Positions 38,301 through 49,830 of a stretch of 64,000 nucleotides of DNA are shown piece by piece. Source of the stretch: Chiloscyllium plagiosum (lineage: Eukaryota); contig NC_057718.1 in assembly GCF_004010195.1 (NCBI RefSeq), positions 43,036,395-43,100,394 on the forward strand, read 5' to 3'. Under the pieces are notes generated by a model, which searched no databases, was not told where the DNA came from, and saw nothing but the letters and a program-made list of their open reading frames with translations. Made by a program: the position numbers and the translations under genes. The stretch's first letter is position 1. Each line of letters starts with the position of its first letter.

Positions 38301-39351
38301 GTCTGATGCCTCTGTGATTGGGAAATAATGCTGGTTTTCAGCTGAATCTTGAAGTGTTTACTTTTGCTGTTTATAGTTTAATGGGCACAATAGTCTTGTC
38401 CTGCATGAATGAATATCAGTGTTGTGTGCTAGGGCGCCACGACAGATGATACCTCTTATCTCCTGTGATTTGGAATTTAAAAGCCAGTGAAGCTCAACAA
38501 TTTTATATTCTGATTTAAATGGGCTGAAATGGTACTGTATTTAAATTTCAAAACTAAAACAAATGTAAATGATGCAGTGCTGTTTAATGCATATCAGGTG
38601 AAACCGCAAGTTTGCTTTTACACTCCATTCATTTGATATGAGGTTTCAAAACTAAAACTTTAGCACTTGAACAGGATTAGATATTTTTAAATGAAGTTAG
38701 CTTGTATTTTACATTTTCAATAGTTAGATTGAATAGACCTCTACCCTAGATTATAGCATGCAAATTAATCTGACATGTCCTGATAAGATAATAATCTTTA
38801 TCACATTTACAGTGTATATGCAAAGTTATTTTGTATTTTTTTGCCTTCTTTAACCACTAGTTTTGAGATCACATGTTAAAATGACTAATGATTGCAATCA
38901 TTTGTAATTATTGAAAAAGCTGAAACCCTGTTTATTGGCTTAGTTAAATAACCTCCTTGAAACTCCCACTTCAAAGTAGTTTGCGAATAACAAGCTTTTT
39001 TGCAGAAATAAATTTGGCTTTTTTGTAAAGTACATTTCAGAGTAAATGATGGATTCAGAAATCTGTGATGCTATGAGTTGAACTACTGTTGAGAGCCTAG
39101 AGAACTTACTGTTGAAGAAAGAAAGATCTTAAATTTGACACCTTCAGGGTCCCCAAAACACTTCAGAACCAATAAATTGCATTTGAAGTGTTTTTATTTC
39201 AGGTTAATGGAGCTGCCAATTTGCGCACAGTCATGTTTCACACAAGCAGTAATGAGGTAAATGACCTATTCGTCTACTTTGTGGCTGTTGATTGAAGAAT
39301 TAAGCATTTTCAAAAATATATCCTGCTCTTCTTCAAACATTACTTGAGGGA

Positions 39352-39505
39352 AGGAATTCCCTCCCCAATGGCATTGTGGGTCAACCCAGAGCAGGTGGAC
39401 TGCAGCGGTTCAAGAAGGCAGCTAACCATCACCTCCTCGAGCAACTAGGTTTGGCGGTAAATGCTGGCCAACCAGCAATGCCCACATCCCATAAATTAAT
39501 AAAAC
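39352..39505 (+). mobile_element. LINE 3' tail, copy 3, nested in the DeuSINE
   Basis: ggaattccctccccaatggcattgtggg..tggactgcagcggttcaagaaggcagct..taaatgctggcc..gcccacatccc. Confidence 0.75.
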
Positions 39506-39904
39506 AAAATATTTTTTAATCCAGTTGGATATGCAGCTATGTCTTTAGTTTATAGATTTGACAGCGAGGACAGCAGTCCCTCAGTCCTACACAAAGTGTT
39601 AGGCCTATGTTATGTGCTCAAGTCCCTGGAGTTGGGCTTAATCATAGGCCAGATTTTCAAAGGGGGTTCAGGAACCTGAAACCCAGACACATTCCTAATT
39701 CCAAACCACTGCTTCATGCATATCATGTATGCAATGTGATTTTTGAAAGTTAGTGTCCTTATTGGGCAGGAGACAAGACCAATCTGTCTGGCACAAGTAG
39801 CAAAGGTAGCAGTTACCTTTGGGACAGCCTCTTCCTTGCAGAAGACTGTAGGTAGGTGCTCAGATATCTAGTGGAATAAATACATGAGACTGAGGGTGAC
39901 TGGG

Positions 39905-40027
39905 AGAAAGTAAGGACTGCAGATGCTGGAGATCAGAGCTGAAAATGTGTTGCTGGAAAAGCGCAGCAGGTCAGGCAGCATCCAAGGAGCAGGAGAATCG
40001 ACGTTTCGGGCATGAGCCCTTCTTCAG
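39905..40027 (-). mobile_element. ~120-bp Penelope-like micro-insertion with minimal hammerhead motif
   Basis: Minus strand CTGAAGA-A-GGGC-TCAT-GCCC-GAA-ACGT-C (40027-40000). Perfect 12-bp AGGGTGACTGGG at 39893-39904 and 40026-40037. Nearly identical to 33554-33643. Confidence 0.9.
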
Positions 40028-40164
40028 GGTGACTGGGTCAAACTGAGTGAATGAACTTAATATGCACAATATCTGGGCTGGGCACATTAGTTTTCAATAT
40101 TAAGATTTTTCAATTCTGCTTGTTTTGACCAACAAAAAAAGTACTGGAAAAGGATTTATCTGTA

Positions 40165-40470
40165 TTGCTGGTATCAGCTGAAAAAAGAGAGATGTTGTTG
40201 AAGCTTGTTACTTTGAATCCCTTTGAACAGATTTGCTACACAACCAATTGGGAAAAGGGAGCTGATTGGTTGGCCGGAGTATGCTGATTGAGGTATTGCC
40301 ATGGCAATGCACCAGGAAACTGTTGTCTCAAGCCTTTGTTCAACTTCAACTCAGGCAGTAAAAGTCGTCCCTTTAAAGTTTGGTATTCTTGTGATTTTGT
40401 CCTGATGAATGGAAGATCAAAAGTTTCAACAGCATGTCTGCTTTTACAGCAAATCTCTAGTTCTATACTA
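40165..40470. mobile_element. Degraded fold-back Penelope-like fragment (43.7-kb family)
   Basis: ttgtcCTGATGAatggaagatcaaaagtttcaacagcatgtct (40397-40439) matches 43655-43697. 40177-40210 is its reverse complement. Confidence 0.65.
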
Positions 40471-42830
40471 GACATGTCAATTTATCTGTGTGATTTGGCA
40501 GTCCGTGCCTCCCTTTAAAGGTGGTCTATTTGGAACACAGAAAACAAATATGAGGCATGCATTTAACTGAGTGATTTCCGTCCCAGAGCAACCCCTGTCC
40601 TTCCCACCTCTCTTACTAGAACTGGAAGGTTTGGTTTAGGTTTTTCTTAACATTCTTTCGTCCTGCCTGACCAAATAATTTTCCTTATTTTTGAGAATCA
40701 AAATCCACATCTTACCCCCATGCTAGTGTTGCGAAGGGATTGAGTGATTCAAACATGCAGAAATTGGAAATGTAGATTTCTTCACCAATAGCCGAAACCC
40801 AAAGGCTGCACATTCCTTGAATACACTAAAGCGAAGTTTGTTGGCTACACTTCCTATAATATATACAGCTTAAACTGCTGTTTCACAGTCTCAGTCTTTG
40901 CTTTTAAGGACAGCACCAGGGAACAAATATCAGATTTGTTGATTTTAATATATTGTCATCCTTTGGAAATAGATTTAATATTTTTTACTTCTAATAGCTA
41001 AATTGTTGCATTTAATTTTACTTTGCAACAGTAAATAAGTAATGGTGAAGTTGAGGCAGTAGGAGGTGATTTGATTAACTGTGAGTGACAGTTAATACAT
41101 CAGCAATAATCATTTGAGCATTATGGCATCTTTGTATGTTGCAGAAGTTATTACTTCATCTTCAGTTACATTGTATGTGAAGTATTTTTTAACTTTTAAT
41201 CTTACCGTTGATGTGGAAAATTAATTTTATGCTTTAAATAACTATAATCCAACAAGGAGAAATTATTCCTTTAATTACTGTTCCATTTACCGTCCATTTA
41301 GCTACTCTAAATGTTTGTCATGCATTCGCTTTCTTTTGTCAAAACACATGATAGCTAACTTAACCACTCAGTTTGCCACAAAATCTTTCTTCTCATTAGA
41401 AATTATGGACAAAAGACATTTGTGTGAATTTGTAGCTCTCTGATAATAACTGACTTCAATCATATTGTCCTTATCCAAGTGCTGGAATGAAATTGTTATC
41501 AAAGGGCTTTTTTACTGTTTACTTTGCCTAATGGATTGAATGGAGAAGAGAATCAATGGTAGTTGTGGAAGCATCAGTGAGATGCATTACCCCACCATTG
41601 AATTTAAAGGACAGAATAGGTGTAGCATGCTTGAGGAGGGAACTAAAGGACAGAAACAAAAGTTAATGGGAAAAATAATATTGTAATTAATTTACCCCAA
41701 TTAAGAAAAAATGAAGAATAACTAGATGCTCACAGTAGATGTTGCTAAATTAATATTAAAATCTAGGTATTGACACCATAGTGGTATGCATAGTTCTCAA
41801 GTAGATATCAGAGTGCGGCTAAGTAAAAGTACTTCTGGGGAGCTTGGTTTAACATCCAATGCTAAACAGTTCAAATAAACCAGACTACAGTTTAGATCTG
41901 TTCAGGTAGTGCTGGATATAAATGATGCAAACATTTATATTTTGTATTCATACTAACCCTATTTCTTTTAATGTATTTTTCCCCCTCTTGTAGTGGCAAG
42001 CCTTGGATTTTCTTCAAAATAATAACATTAAATTGGGTAGATATACAGAAATAACTTCCTCTGCTTGGGTATTCCACAACACGTGGTATGATCTTAAAAT
42101 GAGAGAGAAGCGTTTTGTGGTGAAATCTGAAAGCTGTTTTTCATATAAAGTGAAGTAAATAGCTGGATCTCTTCCCAAAAGGCTTTGAATGCTCCGTCAG
42201 TAGAGACAGTCAAAATAGATTTCTGTTGGGTTTGAGTGCGAAAACGTATGAAATAAAGACAGGTAAATGTAGTTAAGGTCAAAGTGAAACAGTTGCATGA
42301 CTGAAAGGCCTGCACCTGTTCTAATCTTTCTATTTTCAGTGATCAAGGAAAAATACTGCACATACTATACATATGAAATCAGAGCAAAAAATGCTGGTAA
42401 CTCTCAGCAGATCAGACAACATCTTTGTAGAGAGAAGGACATTTAATGCTGCCAATTGGTAGCCTTTCGTTCCAACCAGAAATATTTACCGATTGAATGG
42501 ATCTGACGCAGATGAAAAGGCACAGTAAGAGAGGTTGCAGGCTTTGGGGAATGACAGTGTGAACAAAAGGGAAGGTTGAGAATAGGATAGAGAACAAGAT
42601 GATCAGATGATAAACAGGAGGATGGCACAAGGCCAAAGGACTTGTTAGAGGGGCAAGTAAAGAACTAAAAAGTGTACAGAGGAGGCATTCAGAAGAAAAC
42701 GTAGAATCATTACAACAGCTGCTGTTCAAAAACAACAAAAAGGGTACATCAGTTGTGATCTGAATTTTTTTGAAATCCAAAAGGTTCTAAGATTGCTAAC
42801 CAACTAAAAGATGTTGATGCCCCCGTGAGC

Positions 42831-43740
42831 CACATATCCCACCAATTGGCTGATTGACTCAAATAACCTGTTCTGTTCTTTATTATAGGCAGAGTACAGA
42901 CTATACTCACCAGTGTACACTTGCAAAACCCAGAGCAAAATATCTACTGTTAGATGTAATTCCTCAGTTGGGTAGCACTTGCTGAACAAGCTGAGGGTGC
43001 TGTTAACTGTACTAACAACCAATGCAATATAATTAGTTAAACTAGTAATGTGACTCACATAGGCTTAGCGATGTTTGGGAAGATTTGAGGCTCAGGTTGA
43101 TGATAAGTATGTAAGTTAGCTTGCTGAGCTTGAAGGTTTGTTTTCAGACATTTCGTCACCGTACTAGGTGACATCATCAGTGAGAGTGTCTGGTGAAGTG
43201 CTGCTGGTATGTCCCGCCTCTCTACCTACCTTCTCTTGAAAAAAAGGAACCAGAAATGACATCACCCACTTTAAGAAACTAAGACCTATAAATAGAGAGG
43301 CAGGACATACCACCAGCGCTTCACCAGAGACTGTCACTGATGATGTTACCTAGTATGGTGACGAAATGTCTCAAAGCAAACCTTCAAATTCAGTGAGCTA
43401 ACTTACATACTTATCACATAGTCTTATTAGGAGCAAGATACATTTGAATGCACTGATCTGATCTCTGTAAACTAAAGTTGCTGTTCAAATTTTGTAACCC
43501 TTTGAATGAATTTCAAGGGAGCTTGGCAACGTGATAGTTTCCTGTAGTCCATCACAGTGCCATAGTCAATCAGAGTTTATTTGCCAACCAATCAGCACCC
43601 TTGAGTCCAGTGTTTTGAATTGTTATGATCATTTGAAATTTGGCATTCTTGCGTTTGTCCTGATCAGTGCAAGACGAAAAGCTTCGGCAACATGTCTCTC
43701 TTTTCAGCAACATTCAAGTTCTGTACTGCCAAGCGAACGA
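42831..43740 (+). mobile_element. Penelope-like element (middle layer): GIY-YIG C-terminal relic and 3' terminus with hammerhead motif
   Basis: Homologous to 16945-17110 (STVRCNSSVG*HLLN). Terminal TTGTC-CTGATCA-GT-GCAAG-AC-GAA-AAGCTT-C-GGCAA at 43655-43690. Confidence 0.75.
43068..43416. mobile_element. Fold-back Penelope-like insertion (inner layer) with two hammerhead motifs
   Basis: 124-bp inverted arms at 43101-43224 and 43293-43416. Cores at 43337-43370 (+) and 43180-43147 (-). TCACATAG(G/T)CTTA duplicated at 43055-43067 and 43414-43426. Confidence 0.88.
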
Positions 43741-44129
43741 TGAGCTTCATTGGAAGAGTGTAGGAGGCCAAGGACAGATAAGTCAGAGTGGGAGTGAGGC
43801 GCAGAATTAAATGGCTGGAAACCCGGGGCCATGCTTTTGGACTGAATGGTCGAACCCATGGTAAGTCAGATTCTAGTGAGGCAGTGAAAAAATGTGCTTA
43901 ATAAATTTAAAAAACCTTTTCTTTATCCATGCTTTTCTTTTCATGTACTACAAAATGAATAGTCATTGAAAGTGCTAAATAATTGTAAAAAAATTTAACG
44001 ACGTAAGATATAGTTACTTTCCATGTCAAATTACTGCATGATTTAAAAAAAAGTACTCTCTTGTTACATTTTATTTCAAATAATAGAAATGAGACGTAGT
44101 CAGGATTTGTTTGACGTAAGGTAATCATG

Positions 44130-44790
44130 AAGTTGGAATCATGTGCAGGTTCCATGCCTACACTGGTGGGCAGTGGGACCATAGTGGCCACCTTTTTGGT
44201 GGCACTTCTAAATTTCCAGTAAGGACAATAGGCAGCTCTTCAAGCTTCCATCCTAATCACAGAGCCTCTGAGAGAGAGATGGCTACCGCCAAGGCTGCAG
44301 GGAGAGCAGTAAAGACTCTGTTCCATTAGTAGGGGCAGACAGACCAGGCACGCCGTTCAGAGGGAAAACTTTGCCGTGTCGACCCTTTGACCTTCTCCCT
44401 GGGTTTTGGAGCTTCTGTCTCTGATGGCTTCCCCTGGAATGCTGCAGGGAGCTTTGCCTCAATGTTTCCAGCTCAGTGCTTCTCCCTATAGGGTGTATGG
44501 CTGCCCTGTTGTTGGTGAAACACCGACAGCTTGGAAAGAGGGCCCACCATTGAACCTTTAATCATCTAAGTTGGCTCACTGCCTTTGGTCAGTAGATGGT
44601 CAGGCCACTTGGAGGTATCTCTGGCTACACTATTATTGCTTTCAGGCTGCCACCCCAGACGGTTGTAATGTCTCCCTCACTGTATATTGCATGTTGGTTA
44701 CCAGAAGCCATGTTTATCCCACTTTGCCTGAGAATTTGTTTAACGATTTTCTCCCCTGGATCCAGGAATGGTTCAAAATGTCCGAACCAA
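44130..44790. mobile_element. Degraded non-autonomous DNA transposon-like block
   Basis: GC-richer island resembling 25532-26255 and 51398-52002; termini unclear. Confidence 0.35.
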
Positions 44791-45321
44791 TACTTTCTGT
44801 CATTCACTTGGCCTGAACTGGGCAGGAAGGACCAATCCCTGGTGTTGTCATTTTCTGTCAATCAGCTTTCCTCTGGATTCAACCAAAGCTATATTTAATG
44901 ATATTGGTATAGATGTATTGATTTGCTGTGCATTTTATGGAAAATAAAAATGCCAGCCTTTGCAGAAACAAGCTAGAAAACATGTAGAGTTTGTGCTTTG
45001 AAATCCTGTGGTAGAATTATATTTTAATGCCCTTTTTCTTGGCTTAATTATCACTATACTATTCCAGCTATAAAACAACCACTGAAATGTAGTGACACAA
45101 TACATAGGTATCAGGCCAGGGAGTGATGTTGCTGCTTCATCGCCTGACAAACTCTCAATTTTTCTTGCTCCATTTTGGATCAGATGCTAAAGATTTTTCC
45201 TGTATGAGGAGAATGTGTTTTTTTTCCTGTCACCACATAAACCTAGAACACTCCCTCATTCACCTTTTCTGCCACAGCATAAATGTTGCAGTGGGAAAGA
45301 TTTAATTGCTTGATTTCTTGG

Positions 45322-45385
45322 CAGGTAGTTGATATATAGCTAGGACATCTGATCGGCATGGACAAGTTGGATTCTGATTCTATAT
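45322..45385 (+). mobile_element. CR1 extreme 3' tail fragment
   Basis: ggacatctgatcggcatggacaagttgga matches 36438-36466 and 62751-62779. Confidence 0.7.
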
Positions 45386-48300
45386 GGGATGGCAGAGAAA
45401 GAGAAGGGAGAACAGTTAAGGAAAAGGAACCCAAAAGAAAAGAGAAAGACAGGACGCAGTTTTTATTTTTAAAAAAAGGCTTAAAAATTTATATATTCCT
45501 CTTCTAATTTTCTTAACCATTTACAATCTGTGACTATTGTTTAGGCCACATGGGATGATTGTCCACAGTTTGCTTACGATTGCTGCCTAGCTAGCATCCT
45601 TTAAGAAGTTATTAATTATAGAGCCAATGCACATCAGACAGTGGGTGTGTTGAGATTAATCACTGATGCTGGAGTGACTTGCTGAAATGCATTTTAGTTT
45701 CATCTTTCGTCAGCTTGTAATGGGTTTTCCTTTGCACCAGCAGGTGAACAGGTGCATAGCTGCTGCTTTTTCAATTTGCTTTTAGATGGCACAAAACCAT
45801 CCAGCAAGGAACAGGAACCTCCCTGTTTCTGTCAGGTGCTGCTAAAATGGTTTTCGATAAAGAGTGTCAGAATACTGAATGCAGGGTGCACAAATTGGTT
45901 TACATTTTCTTAATATAGTCTGGAGCTTGCTCTGAGGTTGTTCAGTGTTCTGCCTTTACTGTTGCTGCCTGCCTGAAATTTTCCATGGCTCTGAGCCAAA
46001 TCAAGGTGGAATTCTCCTTCATGTCTCTGAATGGGAGGCTTTTAATTATTTGCCAGAATAGATTGACTTTGTACTGTTTTGCACATTGCTATTTTTCTGC
46101 AACAGAGAAAGAAACTATGCTGACAGAAAACAGCAGAGGAAGCAGCTATTTCAGTACAAAACAAAATTAAGCTTCTTTCACATTAAATTTGAGAGGATAA
46201 AATTATAAAAATTTCCGCTCATGCCCTTTGACTTTGTTTCTCACCCTCCTCCATCCGGCCCCCAAGCCAGTACTCTGGATGAAAGAGTTTGAAGGTGATA
46301 TATTGCCAGGCTTCTGTCAATTTCATACTTGGGATGAATGAGAGTGACCTGGCTTTTTTCTGACTACTTGAATAATAATTTTCCCTTTCTCTACTGAGAA
46401 GACAGCAAGAGGAGGTTGAATTTGACTTCTGGCTGCCTAACCAACAGAGTGAGTTGGCTAGTTGCCCGCCCACGGCGCTGAGACAGCCAAGATTCTAAGG
46501 TCCTGGCTTCATTTGTCTCTGGCTGCCAAGCTGTAGGGGTGCCAAATGGGTAACTCGCTGAATAAAGGCAGGATAACATTGGGCCATCCCTGCCAAACAT
46601 GAGTTAAATGTGAAGGATGGTTCCACTTATAGGGGGAGGTGTGGTGTGCAAGGTTGACGGTGTCTCGGTTAGTGTTGAGAAACTCAGAACAGTGCTCCTG
46701 CTTCACAAAAGTTGTTTTCAGCTTACCTTTTGTTTGACTTTTTATGGCCCTAACTCAGGTGGATCCAATGAGAATGTGCGCAGTGTTACTTTATTTGGTA
46801 ATCCGTGTCCTCGGACCCCAGTTTACATTTTGAAGGGTGTATGCAGCCTAAGACAGGCGATTTGGGAGCTGAATACTTTCAAAATGGCACAGGCCATAGC
46901 TTTGTTAGTCAGCCACAAAGCTCTCAATCCTGTTTCATAGCCATTACTACTCTCTTAATGCTAGGCTCAAGTCAAAATTGCACAGAAAGAAAATGAAAGT
47001 AGCATGTTTCTGCACATTGCGTAGTCTCTGGTAATTCACTGTTTCTGCCAAATGGAAACTAGTGGTTGTTGTCTTGCTAGTTTGAAATCATGCTGGAGTT
47101 TCAAATCTTTTTTAAAGTTTAGAGAAACAATTGAATCTTGATGGTTTTGTATGTGAGAGCACAAGTATGCAGCACCATCAAGTGGAACCATGCAGAGTCA
47201 GTTTCACCCTCCTAACATGTAAGTTTTCCATTACCCTACATGGAAAAGGGGACCCTGGAAGAAGTGAGCTCACCGGGCTGCTGACTTGTGCCACTTAATA
47301 GCTTATTAAAGAGGCCATTGGTAGGGGAATGCGAGAATGTGATCCACCTGTCCCCGTTGGCATTGGAGAAATGTTGTTCAAAAGAATTTGCCAGAGGGAT
47401 TCAAGATAAAAGATTCAGTAGGGTCCGTCACTAAATACACACAAATGAAACAGACATGTGGAAGATAATGCCAAGGTGAATACCAGTACAGAATGCTTCT
47501 CTTGATGAAAGAGTCAAATTTGTGAGGGAGTATTCTCCAAAATGTAGAAAATGGAAGACTACTATTCAGAGCTTTTTTGTAACTTTACTCAGTTATCATG
47601 GCTATATAATCTTGAGAATTAAAACTGGGGTTTAATGAACTTGATAAGAAGTAAAAGTACATTGGTAAACAATATGCAAACAAAAAGAAAATTTGGGACA
47701 ATTGGAAAAATTTATAAGAAAGATTAATATCTCTTGTGGCAGAGGGATTAAATTTAATAATTCTGATTGAAACTGACAAGAAAATATTTGTTTCAGGTAG
47801 ATGAGTGCTGAGAACCAAATTTGGCGTACTGGCTTAGTGAGTTATTATGACTGTTGAACTGAGAGAACTGAATTAAACTGCACATTTATATTGGCAAAAT
47901 CGCTGTTGCAATCTGTAATAATGAGTATGTCAATGATAGTGTAACGGAAATCTATGATGTTTGGTTATTTACATTATCGCTAAGTATTTTTGAGATTTAA
48001 AGTTAAGTGGCATTATATGGTGGACTTTTGGATTATATTGCAAAATTCAGGTATTAGTACAAGGAAAAGTATGTAGTACACATTTTCAGTATTATTAACA
48101 AGTTAGCACTTTAAATTATTTTGGAGCCAGATTCTCACATGATTCAAGTTACGTTTAATATCAGTGTTGCCATAATTTTCAGTGAGCTGGTAGTCTAGAC
48201 CATTTGTGGTATTTTTTCACAATCAAAATTGGATTAAAATGCAGGACAACAATACTCATTTCTGAATATTATTCTGCACCAAGACCAGAAATTCTTGATA

Positions 48301-49484
48301 TTGGATGCTCTTTATAAAACACTATTGAAAAGTGATCTACAGAAGTGCACACACAAAGAAATGAAGTGGCATATGCTTTGAAAAATAATAGATACCTAGA
48401 GTGAGTTCAAAGCTGTAATTTAATCTTGAAGTTCAGAAGACCGTTGCAAACGAGTCAAGGGGTCCTCTACTGTGGTTGGTGTCACCTGAACCCCTCAATT
48501 CAATTATAACCTTGCAATTTTTTTCTGGGTTTCCATTAGTCTTTATCTCAGATGTTTTCACATCTTTGATGATCATGTAGCATTTGATGTATCCCAAGAA
48601 AAAGCTGTGTTTTTGCTCACGTTCGTAGAATGCACAAAAATAGAGAGGCACAGTAAACATTTGGATTTCCGTATATGTCAGTTATGTCTGTGATTATAAT
48701 GGTGATAACATTTGCATATAAGTGACATCTTTATCAAAGTATTCCACATGCTATACCTCACACCTTGAGCAGTAATATTAAGTGATATATGGTACATTAT
48801 GCTGTGCAACTATGTTTAACGTAACATAAACATTTAGGCACTGGTCAACAAATGGAAATCTGTCTCTGCATCTGCTGGCAAGCTGCTTACTGTAGTCAGC
48901 AGCTGAGCATGTTTAGCTCTTGCTGTTGCATGCAGTGTTCATCCTAAATAACAGTGCAGATTTTCTCCTTTAGGGATAAAGAAAGCTTGAATCCAGCAGA
49001 GTTTGGCTTTTATTGCACAAATGTTAGAGGAAAAGTCATAAGTCATTGCTTCTGTGTGTTAACGTCATCACAGTGCACTCATTTAATTTGCACAGTGAAA
49101 ATTTCCAAAGAGCATGTGTCCAGAAAAAAATGGGGTGAATGAGCTAAAAGGGAGAATCTGGAATGCTGATATTAGAACAGTGAACTATTTCACAGTCACA
49201 TTATTTTTGTGTTTTTGTTAGTTGTTATGATTAGCAAAGCCCTTCCTTGTTTCCAGCATTGCTCAACAGGGGAGCTGTAAGCAGTAAAGTCTTAAACGGA
49301 ATGGAAAGTTACGCTGATGGAATGTTTTAGCTATACTTAGTGCAAAATTTATTTTGAAAAGCCAGGAGAACATGGGCCATAAGCCAGTCGAGTGTAAATG
49401 TTAACATCATAGTCATTGTAAGTCTGCATAGCACTAGATATTCAACGACGTTTCCTCTTTTTCTCCCTTCTTACTTTTTCAGCT

Positions 49485-49830
49485 TGCCTCAGTTTGTTGT
49501 AGCACCTGCCTCTCTGTCAAAAAGGCCATTGGTTTAATTCCTACAGAATGAGGGTGTTCTTCATTGTCGAAGATGTCGTTCTTCACATGAATCAGTAAAG
49601 TGAATCTTGTTTGCCTGTACTGATGATGCTGATGTATTAAATAGATCCCATGGCAGTATTTTCAGGGGAGCAGGTGGTTTTTCTGGCATTCAGGCCAGCA
49701 TTCACCCCTCAAAAAAAAAATAGATGAATGAGTCATGCATGTAATTTACTATTTGTAGGGTCTTGCTATGCATGCATTGGTCGCTTCAATTACCTACAAA
49801 AACAAAATATCCCATTTTGTGTGAAGCCTT
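49485..49830 (+). mobile_element. DeuSINE-superfamily SINE
   Basis: tRNA-like head, then gatcccatggcagtatttt..gagcagg..ctggcattcaggcca..cccctca and tttgtagggtcttgctatgcatgcattggtcgc. Confidence 0.65.

Larger units (their letters stand above)
39135..40055 (-). mobile_element. DeuSINE-superfamily SINE (SacSINE1-like) with nested insertions
   Basis: Reverse Deu-domain landmarks: gctgccaatttgcgcacag, cctgctcttcttcaaa, ccctcagtcctacac, ttatgtgctcaagtccctggagt, aactgag. Homologous to 49485-49830. Confidence 0.65.
42343..43850 (-). mobile_element. Old Penelope-like element (outer layer, two pieces: 42343-42830 and 43741-43850)
   Basis: The minus strand of 43741-43811 translates FNSAPHSHSDLSVLGLLHSSNEA (PLE GIY-YIG C-terminal region). 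It continues in decayed form left of 42830 into a PLE 3' UTR. TGAGC occurs at both breakpoints. Confidence 0.7.
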
